From Lachnospiraceae bacterium UBA2864 (lineage in GTDB: Bacteria > Bacillota > Clostridia > Lachnospirales > Lachnospiraceae), in the NCBI GenBank assembly GCA_002350525.1, contig DEFA01000013.1, positions 9,995 to 73,994 of the forward strand: a stretch of DNA of 64,000 nucleotides. The letters are read 5' to 3'. Of the stretch, positions 30,796-40,860 are shown in pieces. Under the pieces are notes generated by a model. That model was not told the origin of the DNA, ran no database searches, and worked only from the letters and a program-made list of their open reading frames with translations. Every line of letters starts with the position of its first letter. Positions within the stretch are counted from its first letter, which is position 1. Made by a program: the position numbers and the translations under genes.

Positions 30796-31428
30796 ATGAA
30801 CAGAAAAATAGGTATGATAGGATCTTTGGTAAATGCATTTACCGTGCTTATGTTTGCGGTATTTTTGCTGGCCGGCTGGTCTTTTGGTTATTTCTTTGTA
30901 TGTATCTTTCTGGCATTTAGCTTTGTCTGCATGGTTTCGGCACTGGATGCCGAGGGCACCGATGAGACGAAAGCGGCCGGCAGAACGGCACTTGTGTTTG
31001 CCGGAATGTATGCAACGCTGATTCTTATCGTATACTTCACGCAATGCACAACGGTCCTTAATGAGAAACTGGGAGAGGAAGCAAGCAGGATACTGAACTA
31101 TAGTTACATGGGATTTATGTTTAACCTGGATCTGTTGGGATACGGGCTCATGGCACTTTCGACGTTTTTTATCGGATTGACGGTCAATGTGAAGAATAAG
31201 GAAGACAAGGCCTTGAAGATTTTACTGATGGTGCATGGGCTTTTCTTTCCGGGATGTCTGATAATGCCGATGACAGGTGTTTTTACGGAAAGTCACGGAT
31301 CCGGCTCAAGCGGTGGCGTGATAGCGCTTGAAATATGGTGTCTGTACTTCCTGCCTATCGGAATCATAGCGTTCCTTCATTTTAAGGAACAGGGATCCGG
31401 TCAGACGGAGAAAGGAGCAAAGAGGTAA
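30796..31428 (+). CDS. hypothetical polytopic membrane protein
   Basis: 210 aa with about 6 TM helices, sitting between the ABC ATPase and permease genes. Confidence 0.55.
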   Translation: MNRKIGMIGSLVNAFTVLMFAVFLLAGWSFGYFFVCIFLAFSFVCMVSALDAEGTDETKAAGRTALVFAGMYATLILIVYFTQCTTVLNEKLGEEASRILNYSYMGFMFNLDLLGYGLMALSTFFIGLTVNVKNKEDKALKILLMVHGLFFPGCLIMPMTGVFTESHGSGSSGGVIALEIWCLYFLPIGIIAFLHFKEQGSGQTEKGAKR

Positions 31429-31432
31429 AGAA

Positions 31433-32500
31433 ATGAACAGATATTTGATCAAAAATAATATAAAGCTTATGTACAGAAGCTGGGGCAACATCCTTACTTT
31501 TGTTATCATGCCGGTCATACTTATATTCTGTCTGTCAAGTGCCTTCGAAACTTTGATGAGTAAGTATGAAGAGACTGATATGACGGCAGGTTATCGCATC
31601 GAAGGAGACGGAATAAAGCCGGAGATGATAGAGGCCATGACGAAAGCGGCTGAGGAAAATGATATAACACTCAGTGAGTATCCGGAAGGTGATCCGGAGG
31701 AGCTGATGCATGATAATTCCCTTACCGGTTTTATAGTTTTTGAGGGTGACAGTTATACCATATATGAAGACAGTTCGGCAAAGGGGAAGGTGCTCGGTTA
31801 TTTTGTAAATGCATTCTATGAAAATGCGTCGGCAGCGGCTATGGGTGTGAAGCGGGACGCTGCTACACTTACGGTGGAACATCCGGAATATAAGAAAAGC
31901 ATAGATTCCAAAGATTATTACGGAATAGTTGAGATCGTATACTTCGGATGGTGTGCAATATTTGCAGGTGCCGGAATTTTAATAAATGAGAAGAAATATA
32001 AGATCAGAAAGAGATATCAGGTTGCGAATCTGACACCCGTCAAGGAATATCTGAGCAAATTTATTCCGATAGCTGTAGTAGCATCGATCGGTACTTTGAT
32101 CGCAGCGCTGCTGACGGTGGTTTTACTGGGAGTACATTGGGGAAATCCTCTTCTTTCAATTCTTATACTTGTCGCATCCGTAGCGGCAGCTACCGCAATG
32201 GGAATAATGATCTACAGCATTACGGACAGCATGGTCGGAACGATCATAGTCACATTTACGGTTGTATGGATCCTCGGTTTCTTCGGAGGGGCATTTGAGA
32301 CCTATATCTTCTCATCACATCCGATGAATGTAAAACTCATGACTCCGATATATCATATAAACAGAGCCCTTACGGAAATATCCTGTATGGGACGCAGCGA
32401 TTATGCGGGAAGTGCAGTCGGTTACGCGGGGCTGATAGTAGTCGTATCTTCGATCATAGCCATACTGTTCGGACAGATCAGAAAGAGAGGAAGAGCATGA
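31433..32500 (+). CDS. ABC-2 type transporter permease
   Basis: N-terminal TM helix, large extracytoplasmic loop, then a C-terminal cluster of 5 TM helices typical of the ABC-2 family. Overlaps the next gene by 4 nt. Confidence 0.7.
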   Translation: MNRYLIKNNIKLMYRSWGNILTFVIMPVILIFCLSSAFETLMSKYEETDMTAGYRIEGDGIKPEMIEAMTKAAEENDITLSEYPEGDPEELMHDNSLTGFIVFEGDSYTIYEDSSAKGKVLGYFVNAFYENASAAAMGVKRDAATLTVEHPEYKKSIDSKDYYGIVEIVYFGWCAIFAGAGILINEKKYKIRKRYQVANLTPVKEYLSKFIPIAVVASIGTLIAALLTVVLLGVHWGNPLLSILILVASVAAATAMGIMIYSITDSMVGTIIVTFTVVWILGFFGGAFETYIFSSHPMNVKLMTPIYHINRALTEISCMGRSDYAGSAVGYAGLIVVVSSIIAILFGQIRKRGRA

Positions 32501-33762
32501 TAGTTTTAATAAAATCAAGTATAAAACTTTTGATCAGAACAAAGATAATCTGGCTTTTCATCATAATTACGCCGATATTATCGACTTTGATACTTAAAAG
32601 CAATACCGATTATACAGTGTATCAGGATGAGCTTAGCAGCGTAGTCGAACTGAATAATGCGGACGAAAAAGTCGCATATAACGGAAGCAAAGGGGATTAT
32701 GTGGTTAAGGTATATGATGCTTCCGGTTCGGAACTTTCGGATTACCTTATAGACAGACTGGCTGACAGCGGAATGTTTATACTCTGCAGGGCAGACATTT
32801 CCGAGGAAGAGATCACAGATGAGTTTATAAGAGATCATATAGAGTTTGACGGAAATGAGGACAGAATGGGAGCAGCCCTTTATATTACGGCTGATTTCAG
32901 TGATAAGATTCTTGAAGGCAGGACTGCCGAAGCACTTACCATGTATGTACTTTCGGATGATGCGAGAACGGATGCTTTCGAAAGTGAACTTACTCTGCAG
33001 CTTTCGAGAATGACCACATTCAGAGCCGGTGCAGCGGGTGAAAAAGAATTAGTTGAAGGTTTAAAATATTTAGATGATATGAATCCTAAGAAGGATGTAA
33101 TATCGGTGGATACCAACAAGACGACAAAGCTTACGGAAGAGCAGATTAATCAGAAAGCTCAGATGGGATATGCATTTTCGTTCCTGACACTTGGCTTTGT
33201 ATTTGTGGGATTCTTTGTGGCAAGCGGAGTTATTAAGGAACAGAAGAACGGAGTGTTCACAAGAGTAAATCTTTCGAGGACCAGCACACTTACATATTTT
33301 ACTTCGAAGTTTGTATCTGTATTTTTGGTATCGGTGCTGATGACCGGAGTAGTCGGTGCATGCAGCTTCATGCTGGATATGAATGATATGGGAATGAGCA
33401 GGGGCGCATTTCTCGTATTGATATTTATGATGGGACTCATATTCAGTTCCCTCAGTATGTTTGTGGGAATTATGCTGAATGATATATTCAGTGCAAGTAT
33501 ATCATCCTTTACACTCTGGTGTATGTCATCACTCTTCAGCGGTCTTTACTTCCCTCTGGATGATACCTCGAGAGGCATAAGGATCATCTCTTCACTGATG
33601 CCGCAGAAGTGGTTCCTGGACGGAACGGAAATGATATTTGTTGGAGACAATAAGGTTTTCGGTATGTTAATATGTATTACAGCAGCATATCTGATATTGA
33701 CCATAAGTCTCGGCGGTATCGGGCTTAAAGTCAGAAGGAGCACGGAGTGGGGAGTTTCTTAA
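32497..33762 (+). CDS. ABC-2 type transporter permease
   Basis: Same topology as the preceding gene (1 TM, roughly 200-aa loop, 5 TM). Confidence 0.7.
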   Translation: MIVLIKSSIKLLIRTKIIWLFIIITPILSTLILKSNTDYTVYQDELSSVVELNNADEKVAYNGSKGDYVVKVYDASGSELSDYLIDRLADSGMFILCRADISEEEITDEFIRDHIEFDGNEDRMGAALYITADFSDKILEGRTAEALTMYVLSDDARTDAFESELTLQLSRMTTFRAGAAGEKELVEGLKYLDDMNPKKDVISVDTNKTTKLTEEQINQKAQMGYAFSFLTLGFVFVGFFVASGVIKEQKNGVFTRVNLSRTSTLTYFTSKFVSVFLVSVLMTGVVGACSFMLDMNDMGMSRGAFLVLIFMMGLIFSSLSMFVGIMLNDIFSASISSFTLWCMSSLFSGLYFPLDDTSRGIRIISSLMPQKWFLDGTEMIFVGDNKVFGMLICITAAYLILTISLGGIGLKVRRSTEWGVS

Positions 33763-34922
33763 ACGACAATATTCTTAAAGAAAAATACTTTCTTATATCC
33801 CGTATAGTGATCATGCTGCTGCTTGGTCTGTATGGGATGGACGGAACAGATGATAAGACAGGAGTATCCGCAGGGATACTCCTGCTTGTTGCGTTATATA
33901 TATCCGTAATCTGCCTGAAGGAATTTACGGAAGGAAAAAAAGAACTTATCTTTATAGCCGTGGCAGCGGCTGCCTATATAGCTCTTTTATATTTCGGCGG
34001 TATCAGCTTCAGCCTGATGGGAATATATCTGTATTATGAGTTACTGCTATGTTTAAAGGCAAAACGTTTCTGGTATTATCTGATCTACCTTAATATCTTT
34101 ATCGAGAGGTACCTTCTTGTAAGAGTCACAGGAGAAGCTCCGATGGCTATAGTAACGGAGCTTATCATACTCACATTTATGCTTATATTCTATGTGCAGC
34201 ATGAGTTTGTCGTCACGGATTATGAGAAGCAGATGATGCAGGATACCATAGCCCAGCAGGGGCTGAAAAGAGATATGCGTATTCAGGAAAATACTGCGAG
34301 AGAGCAGATGAAGAAGAATATGCTTATGTCCGAGAACAAGATTCTGGCGGAGAGAGCGGCTCTGTCGCAGACCCTCCACGATAAGCTGGGTCACAATATT
34401 AACGGGTCCATCTATCAGCTTGAAGCGGTGAAGCTTCTTATGGATAAGGATCCGGAGAAGGCCCGCAGTATGTCACAGGCCGTGATAGATCAGCTCCGAA
34501 CAGGAATGGATGAGATCCGGGCCATTCTCAGGAAGGAGAGACCGGAGAAGAAGCAGATGGCGTTGCTTCAGCTCTATGAACTCTGCGAAGACTGCGACAG
34601 TAAGGGCGTAGAAGCACAGCTTCTGAATGAAGGAGATATCTCGAAAATTCCGGACAGTATGTGGGAAGTGATCCTGGACAATACCTTTGAAGCCGTAACC
34701 AATTCCATGAAGTATTCGAAATGTAAACATATAAATATCAGCATATCGGTTATGAATAAGCTGGTGAAATGCACGGTTACGGATGATGGCGTAGGCTGTC
34801 CGAAGATTGAAGACGGCATGGGAATCTCGGGAATGAGACAGAGAGTAAGAATGTCGGGCGGTTCGATAGATTTTGAAACAGAGGTAGGTTTTAAGGTGAG
34901 TATGCTGCTTCCGTTAGAGTAG
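33747..34922 (+). CDS. sensor histidine kinase (HisKA_3 / LiaS-NarX type), membrane-embedded sensor
   Basis: About 5 N-terminal TM helices, H-box LHDKLGHNINGSIY, HATPase_c DDGVGC..GMGISGMRQRV. GTG start with AGGAG 6 nt upstream, overlapping the permease gene. Confidence 0.85.
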   Translation: MGSFLNDNILKEKYFLISRIVIMLLLGLYGMDGTDDKTGVSAGILLLVALYISVICLKEFTEGKKELIFIAVAAAAYIALLYFGGISFSLMGIYLYYELLLCLKAKRFWYYLIYLNIFIERYLLVRVTGEAPMAIVTELIILTFMLIFYVQHEFVVTDYEKQMMQDTIAQQGLKRDMRIQENTAREQMKKNMLMSENKILAERAALSQTLHDKLGHNINGSIYQLEAVKLLMDKDPEKARSMSQAVIDQLRTGMDEIRAILRKERPEKKQMALLQLYELCEDCDSKGVEAQLLNEGDISKIPDSMWEVILDNTFEAVTNSMKYSKCKHINISISVMNKLVKCTVTDDGVGCPKIEDGMGISGMRQRVRMSGGSIDFETEVGFKVSMLLPLE

Positions 34923-35001
34923 CAGCCCGAAGAGTTACCGTCGGTGAAGAAGTTAGTAGAGTTACGGGTCAACAGACCGTGTGGATAGAAGAGGATAATG
35001 T

Positions 35002-35667
35002 ATGGATAAGATTAAAGTGATCATAGCTGATGACAGTGATTTCGTCAGAGACGGAATGAAGATAATCCTCGATGTGGATGATGATTTCGAGGTGTTGGGA
35101 ACAGCCGCAAACGGCCGCGAAGCGATAGAGCTGGCAGAGAAGAACAGGCCGGATGTCTTCCTTATGGATATCCAGATGCCGGAGATGGACGGAATAGAGG
35201 CGACAAAGCATATAGTTGAACAGGGTCTCGGGAAGGTTCTGATACTGACGACTTTCGATGATGACGATCTGGTTCAGCAGGCACTCCGGAACGGAGCCAA
35301 GGGTTATCTCATAAAGAATCATACACCTGAACATCTGAAGCAGATGATCCGCTCGGTATATAACGGAACAGGTGTGATGGAGGAGAGTATCCTTGAAACA
35401 CTGGCAGGGAAGGCCGGTACACAAGGCGTATCCACGCAGGGGACTTCGGGCAATTCAGTCGGCGCGGGCTTCAATACCGAAGGTTATTCCGAAAGAGAGC
35501 TTGATATAGTTAAGGCTGTGGCAGAAGGACTTTCCAACAAGGAAATAGCCGCAAAGCTTTTTATATCCGAAGGTACCGTAAAGAATTATATAACTTCGAT
35601 TCTCGCAAAAGAAAACCTTTCACATCGAACGGCTCTTGCTGTATACTATCTGACAGGTAAAAAATAG
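35002..35667 (+). CDS. response regulator, NarL/LuxR family
   Basis: Receiver motifs (IIADDSDF, DVFLMDIQMPEMDG, KGYLIK) and LuxR HTH LSNKEIAAKLFISEGTVKNYITSI, joined by a Gly/Ser/Thr-rich linker. Confidence 0.9.
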   Translation: MDKIKVIIADDSDFVRDGMKIILDVDDDFEVLGTAANGREAIELAEKNRPDVFLMDIQMPEMDGIEATKHIVEQGLGKVLILTTFDDDDLVQQALRNGAKGYLIKNHTPEHLKQMIRSVYNGTGVMEESILETLAGKAGTQGVSTQGTSGNSVGAGFNTEGYSERELDIVKAVAEGLSNKEIAAKLFISEGTVKNYITSILAKENLSHRTALAVYYLTGKK

Positions 35668-35699
35668 CACTTGTATTTGAAAGATCAGAGGTAATATAG

Positions 35700-36935
35700 A
35701 TGAGTCTTAATGATACACCTTCGGGCGAACGCCTGAGAATAAGTTTTTTCGGAAAGAGAAATGCGGGTAAGTCCAGTCTCGTTAATGCGGTCACAGGTCA
35801 GGAACTTGCTGTCGTATCGGATACACTTGGAACTACAACGGATCCCGTGTCAAAGGCAATGGAGCTTCTTCCGCTGGGACCGGTAGTTATCACTGATACA
35901 CCGGGTTTTGATGACTCGGGAGAACTGGGAGAACTGAGAGTCAGGAAGACCAAGCAGATTCTCAATAAGACGGATATAGCGGTTCTTGTCACAGATGCTT
36001 CAAGAGAGCTCGATGCATCCGAACAGGAGCTTATAGATATATTTAAGAATAAGAATATTCCGTACATTGTAGTTAAGAACAAGATGGATCTCGTAAAGGA
36101 TGCGGATGTATCGACCGCTTCTTCGAATGAGAAAGCGGCTTCCGGAGAAATCTATGTCAGTGCTACGGAGAAGACGAACATTTATGAACTTAAGGAACTT
36201 ATAGGGCGGAGCGTAAATACCGACGGTCCATCCGTTCGTCTGGTGGGAGATGTGATAGAACCCGAACAGACAATTGTTCTTGTAATTCCGATAGACGAAT
36301 CGGCACCGAAGGGAAGGCTCATACTTCCGCAGCAGCAGGCTATCCGCGATATCCTGGAGGCGGGAGCTTATGCCGTAACAACAAGAGAGACAGAACTCGA
36401 GGCTCTTCTTAAGAAGATGGATCCGAAGCCGGATCTTGTTATTACGGACAGCCAGGCTTTCGAGATAGTGGATAAGATCGTACCGGAGGATATACTCCTT
36501 ACATCCTTCTCGATACTTATGGCAAGATATAAGGGATTCCTGGATACTGCCGTAAGAGGCGCTGCAGCAATCGATGAGCTGAAGGACGGAGATAAGATTC
36601 TTATAAGTGAAGGCTGCACTCATCACAGACAGTGCGGTGATATCGGAACGGTAAAGATTCCGAGATTCCTGAAGCAGAAGACAGGACGGGAACTGGAGAT
36701 AGTGACAAGCTCAGGTACGGAATTCCCCGAAGACCTTTCGGAGTTCAGCCTTGTTATCCACTGCGGAGGATGCATGCTTACATCCCGTGAGATGGTATAC
36801 CGTATGAAATGCGCGGAGGATGCAGGTGTTCCCTTTACCAATTACGGTGTGGCAATAGCCTATATGAAGGGCATACTCCACCGAAGTCTCGGAGTACTTC
36901 CCGAACTGCAGAAGATAGTAGAACCTACAGTATAA
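35700..36935 (+). CDS. hydF: [FeFe]-hydrogenase H-cluster maturation GTPase HydF
   Basis: GTPase motifs GKRNAGKSSLVN and DTPGFDD, NKMD, and the C-terminal cluster-binding motif EGCTHHRQ...IHCGGC. Confidence 0.9.
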   Translation: MSLNDTPSGERLRISFFGKRNAGKSSLVNAVTGQELAVVSDTLGTTTDPVSKAMELLPLGPVVITDTPGFDDSGELGELRVRKTKQILNKTDIAVLVTDASRELDASEQELIDIFKNKNIPYIVVKNKMDLVKDADVSTASSNEKAASGEIYVSATEKTNIYELKELIGRSVNTDGPSVRLVGDVIEPEQTIVLVIPIDESAPKGRLILPQQQAIRDILEAGAYAVTTRETELEALLKKMDPKPDLVITDSQAFEIVDKIVPEDILLTSFSILMARYKGFLDTAVRGAAAIDELKDGDKILISEGCTHHRQCGDIGTVKIPRFLKQKTGRELEIVTSSGTEFPEDLSEFSLVIHCGGCMLTSREMVYRMKCAEDAGVPFTNYGVAIAYMKGILHRSLGVLPELQKIVEPTV

Positions 36936-36987
36936 TATGACATAAGTGTCAAAAGTCATAATAGAGAGTTAAAGAAGTAATACAGCG

Positions 36988-38049
36988 ATGAATGAAGTAA
37001 GTAATAATAGATTATTGATAGATAAGCTGGAAGCGGAACATAAGCTGGATATGCAGGAGTGGATAACACTTCTGGGAACCTATACGGAAGAAGACAGAGT
37101 TTATGCCGCTGAGAAGGCCCGCACCGTAGCGGATAAGGTATACGGAAAGAGTATATTTATAAGAGGAATAGTGGAATTTTCGAATATCTGTAAGAATAAC
37201 TGCTATTACTGCGGTATCAGAGCAGGTAACGAATGTCTTGAACGATACAGACTTACGGAAGAAGAGATTCTTGAATGCTGCAGGGCAGGTTATGAGTACG
37301 GTTTCAGAACCTTCGTTCTCCAGAGCGGAGAAGATCTCAGCTACAGAACGGAAGATATATGCCATATAGTCTCTGAGATTAAGAGCGAATTTCCGGATTG
37401 TGCCGTGACTCTTTCAATCGGAGAAAAATCCCGTGAAGAGTATGCCGCATATAAGGAAGCGGGAGCGGACAGATATCTTCTGCGCCATGAGACAGCGGAC
37501 GAGGCGCATTACGAAAAACTTCATCCGGCAGATATGTCCTGGAAGAACCGTATGAGATGCCTCCGGGATCTTAAAGAACTGGGATACCAGACAGGCTGCG
37601 GTATCATGGTGGGTTCCCCTTATCAGACGATTCAGTGTATCGCCGAAGATATGGTATTTATGGGAGAGTTTAAGCCGGAAATGATCGGTATCGGACCATT
37701 TCTCCCGCATAAGGATACACCTTTTAAAGATATGCCTAAGGGTTCTTATGAACTGACGCTGTTTCTCCTGAGTTTATCCAGACTCATGCTTCCGGAGGTG
37801 CTTCTTCCGGCAACGACAGCTCTGGGAACCATTCATCCGAGAGGAAGAGAGGAAGGTGTTCTTGCGGGAGCAAACGTAATCATGCCGAATCTCTCGCCTA
37901 CCGAAGTAAGAAAGAACTACATGCTTTATGATAATAAAATCTGTACAGGTGATACCTCGGCAGCTTGCAGAGGCTGTATCGAAGCCAGAATGGAGAGAAT
38001 CGGTTATAAGGTGGAGATTACAAGAGGTGACCACATATCGGCTAAGTAG
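36988..38049 (+). CDS. hydE: [FeFe]-hydrogenase H-cluster radical SAM maturase HydE
   Basis: CKNNCYYCGIRAGN radical-SAM motif. BioB-like fold length (353 aa). Adjacent to hydF. Confidence 0.85.
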   Translation: MNEVSNNRLLIDKLEAEHKLDMQEWITLLGTYTEEDRVYAAEKARTVADKVYGKSIFIRGIVEFSNICKNNCYYCGIRAGNECLERYRLTEEEILECCRAGYEYGFRTFVLQSGEDLSYRTEDICHIVSEIKSEFPDCAVTLSIGEKSREEYAAYKEAGADRYLLRHETADEAHYEKLHPADMSWKNRMRCLRDLKELGYQTGCGIMVGSPYQTIQCIAEDMVFMGEFKPEMIGIGPFLPHKDTPFKDMPKGSYELTLFLLSLSRLMLPEVLLPATTALGTIHPRGREEGVLAGANVIMPNLSPTEVRKNYMLYDNKICTGDTSAACRGCIEARMERIGYKVEITRGDHISAK

Positions 38050-38083
38050 AATTGTGACAACAGTTTCTATTCAGAACATTGAA

Positions 38084-38119
38084 AAGAACAGGAGAGACAA
38101 GGCTTCTGTTCTTTTTTTG
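38084..38119 (+). terminator. rho-independent terminator
   Basis: aagaacag / ctgttctt stem followed by tttttg. Confidence 0.75.
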
Positions 38120-38202
38120 CTTCATATTTGATATTTTTTGAACCTTTTCTTCAAACGTGAAAATATATAAATGTAAGCGAACAACGTTGTTAGGAGATTG
38201 AC

Positions 38203-38718
38203 ATGGATTCTGTAAAATTTGAAAAGTATATAGAGCTATACGGCAGAGACGTGTATTCCTTCTGTTTATATATGACGCGGAATAAGGAGGATGCAGAGGA
38301 TCTGTACCAGCAGACCTTTCTCGTTGCATTTGAAAAGAATGAGATTGATGAGGGAGGTAATCCGAAATCGTATTTTATTACTATCGCATCTAATATATGG
38401 AACAATGTTAAGAGGAAGCGTGCAAGGCGGGAACTTAACGCAGGCACAGCTTATCTTGATGACGAAGAGGTTGAATTACTCGCGGACACAGGAGACTCCG
38501 TTGAGGATGAGGTGATAAGTAAGGATGAGAAGGATAAGCTGAGACGGCTTGTATCAGCGCTTCCCGATAAGTACAGAGCGGTAATTCTAATGTACTATAT
38601 GGAGGAAATGTCAGTCTATGATATCGCTTCGGCGCTTAGGATTCCTGCGGGAACGGTAAAGAGCAGGATGAACAAAGCGAGAAAAATATTGAAGGAGAAA
38701 ATGGCATATGACAGATAA
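38203..38718 (+). CDS. ECF-type RNA polymerase sigma-70 factor
   Basis: Region 2 (DAEDLYQQTFLVAF) and region 4 (YRAVILMYYMEEMSVYDIASALRIPAGTVKSRMNKARK). Confidence 0.9.
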   Translation: MDSVKFEKYIELYGRDVYSFCLYMTRNKEDAEDLYQQTFLVAFEKNEIDEGGNPKSYFITIASNIWNNVKRKRARRELNAGTAYLDDEEVELLADTGDSVEDEVISKDEKDKLRRLVSALPDKYRAVILMYYMEEMSVYDIASALRIPAGTVKSRMNKARKILKEKMAYDR

Positions 38719-39619
38719 AGAGTTAGATATAATGTTAAAAAAATCTCTGCAAACTTCATATTTACCGAACGATGACGTTAACATATCATTGATGGACAAA
38801 ATCAGAAGCTTAGACGAGGGTAAAGGTAAAAGTGATAGCGAAGGAAGGTCCAACGAGATAGTTTCGGTGATAAGAAATGCAAGAAAGCCAATATCCTGGA
38901 TAGTAAAGGCGGCAATATTCTTCCTTGTATTTTCCGCACTGGGAACCGGTGGGGTTCTGGCAGCGAATTACCTCTTGAAGCAGTCTGAAGTATACGAGCA
39001 TGGAGTTTCGGTAGGGGGAAACGTAAATGATGAGGATCTTGCTGAACCGTGGGAAGATGTACCGGAAGAAAGCCTCGGAACCGAAGAAGGTAAAGGGGGA
39101 GATCTTTGGTATTCCAAGGAAGTGATCCTAACAGACGGAACGTACCAGAATTCATTATATAGCTACAGAACATATGAGGAGGGTACAAAGGATTCGGGAT
39201 TTCCTAATATCTTCAGTGAACCTATAGGTACACCACAGAGTATAACTTATGTTGTTACAGAAGTTACGTCAGACGGAAAGGTAGCCGGCGAGGCAATTGA
39301 TAAAACACTGGATTCGATATTTGACTATAAGGGACATAGAGTATACCTTTCTCAGGATGTAATGCCGGGCGCTTCGGCAGATTCCGGCTATAGTGTATGT
39401 ATGAATAAGACTGCTAATACCAGAAGTTATACTTCATCTCAGGGCATTGTATTTACACTGGTGGATGACATCGAGGCAGATGTGGATAACTGGACAAGAA
39501 AAGGCACAAGAACCTATGTCATGCTTTCTTACGGTAATTACAGAGGCTTTATATATTTTGAAGAGATGGACGATAATGATATCCATGATATATTGGATAA
39601 AATCGTATTAGGAGAGTAA
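38708..39619 (+). CDS. putative anti-sigma factor / membrane-anchored protein
   Basis: Overlaps the sigma gene by 11 nt. Short cytoplasmic N-terminus, single TM helix (AAIFFLVFSALGTGGVLAANYLL), roughly 210-aa extracytoplasmic domain. Confidence 0.6.
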   Translation: MTDKELDIMLKKSLQTSYLPNDDVNISLMDKIRSLDEGKGKSDSEGRSNEIVSVIRNARKPISWIVKAAIFFLVFSALGTGGVLAANYLLKQSEVYEHGVSVGGNVNDEDLAEPWEDVPEESLGTEEGKGGDLWYSKEVILTDGTYQNSLYSYRTYEEGTKDSGFPNIFSEPIGTPQSITYVVTEVTSDGKVAGEAIDKTLDSIFDYKGHRVYLSQDVMPGASADSGYSVCMNKTANTRSYTSSQGIVFTLVDDIEADVDNWTRKGTRTYVMLSYGNYRGFIYFEEMDDNDIHDILDKIVLGE

Positions 39620-39623
39620 TAAA

Positions 39624-40850
39624 ATGGTAAAGAATATAAAGGGATTTTTGAAAAAAGCATCTGTACCCGTAATGACGGGGATGATGCTCCTGGGTTTTGC
39701 CGGTTGCGGCAGTGGTAAGGCGAGAGAAGATGTAACGGAAATGGTTAAAGAAGCTGATAATGTTACGGAAGATGTGGAAGAAAAGGTTAAAAGTGAAGAA
39801 GCGTCTTCAATCACCGAAGCAGCTGACAAATCGGCAGTAAGGACGGAGGCTGTAACGGAAGAAACCGAAAAAACTTCGGATGATACGGAGGCAACAACAG
39901 AAGCCGTACAGGTATCGGAAGACGGGGAGACTCATATTACAGACGAAGCAGGCGGAGCATATAGCAGAGTTGTTTTCAGCGGTGATCCGGAGGAGCTTGT
40001 GAAGTTTGACAAGCATACTTACTATGAAGGCGATGATTTCTTTATATTCTTCCAGAAGGATACGGAAGTTCCGGGAGATACAGCACTTTTTGTGGACGGA
40101 ATCATGGCAGAGCTTGAAGAGGTAGAACATATGAAGTATTCCGACGGAGAAGATGACGGAGACAGCTTCTGGAGAGATTATCATTTTGACGGTCAGTTTC
40201 AGGGAATCAACGAGGACTGCGATAAGATCAATATCTTTGTGCTGAACGATCCGGAGAACGGTAATATAGAGTGCGCCACGGTAAATGAATGCCTGCTCTA
40301 TGATGATGACTTTACGGAAACAGGAGACAGCGGATCGGAAGGAACCGTATACCACGAGCTGGCACATGTACTGCGACTGAGACAGAGCCCGAATCTGGGG
40401 TCTGTTATGGAGGAAGGCGTTGCATTATACTCGGAATATGAACTTATGAAGAAGCATGGTTACAAAGATTACTCCATGATACAGTATGTGGATGATTATA
40501 ATAACGAAAAGCTTCTTGAAAAGGGAATCCTGGAGAAACCGGAGAGAGCTTACTGGGATATATCCAAGGAAGACTATGATATCGAGCAGCTTAATTACCA
40601 GTATGGTTTCAGATTCGTCTGCTTTTTATATGATGAATATGGTGACGATGTCATAAAGAATATAGGTGAAGTGGCAAGTAAGACAAAGTATGATGCTTAT
40701 CAGACGGACCCTTCGATTCTGATAGAGATAATAAAGAAGGGTACATCAGAGGATGTATATGAGAGATTCGGAAAGTGGCTTCCGGAAAACTGGCCGGCAA
40801 AAAGCGCTGAGTGTATGGAATATCTCGGAATAAACAACTCGATAGAGTAA
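39624..40850 (+). CDS. lipoprotein with HExxH zinc-metallopeptidase-like motif
   Basis: Lipobox MMLLGFAGCGSGK, acidic Thr/Glu-rich linker, VYHELAHVLRL motif. Confidence 0.6.
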   Translation: MVKNIKGFLKKASVPVMTGMMLLGFAGCGSGKAREDVTEMVKEADNVTEDVEEKVKSEEASSITEAADKSAVRTEAVTEETEKTSDDTEATTEAVQVSEDGETHITDEAGGAYSRVVFSGDPEELVKFDKHTYYEGDDFFIFFQKDTEVPGDTALFVDGIMAELEEVEHMKYSDGEDDGDSFWRDYHFDGQFQGINEDCDKINIFVLNDPENGNIECATVNECLLYDDDFTETGDSGSEGTVYHELAHVLRLRQSPNLGSVMEEGVALYSEYELMKKHGYKDYSMIQYVDDYNNEKLLEKGILEKPERAYWDISKEDYDIEQLNYQYGFRFVCFLYDEYGDDVIKNIGEVASKTKYDAYQTDPSILIEIIKKGTSEDVYERFGKWLPENWPAKSAECMEYLGINNSIE

Positions 40851-40860
40851 GGTGATTTTA

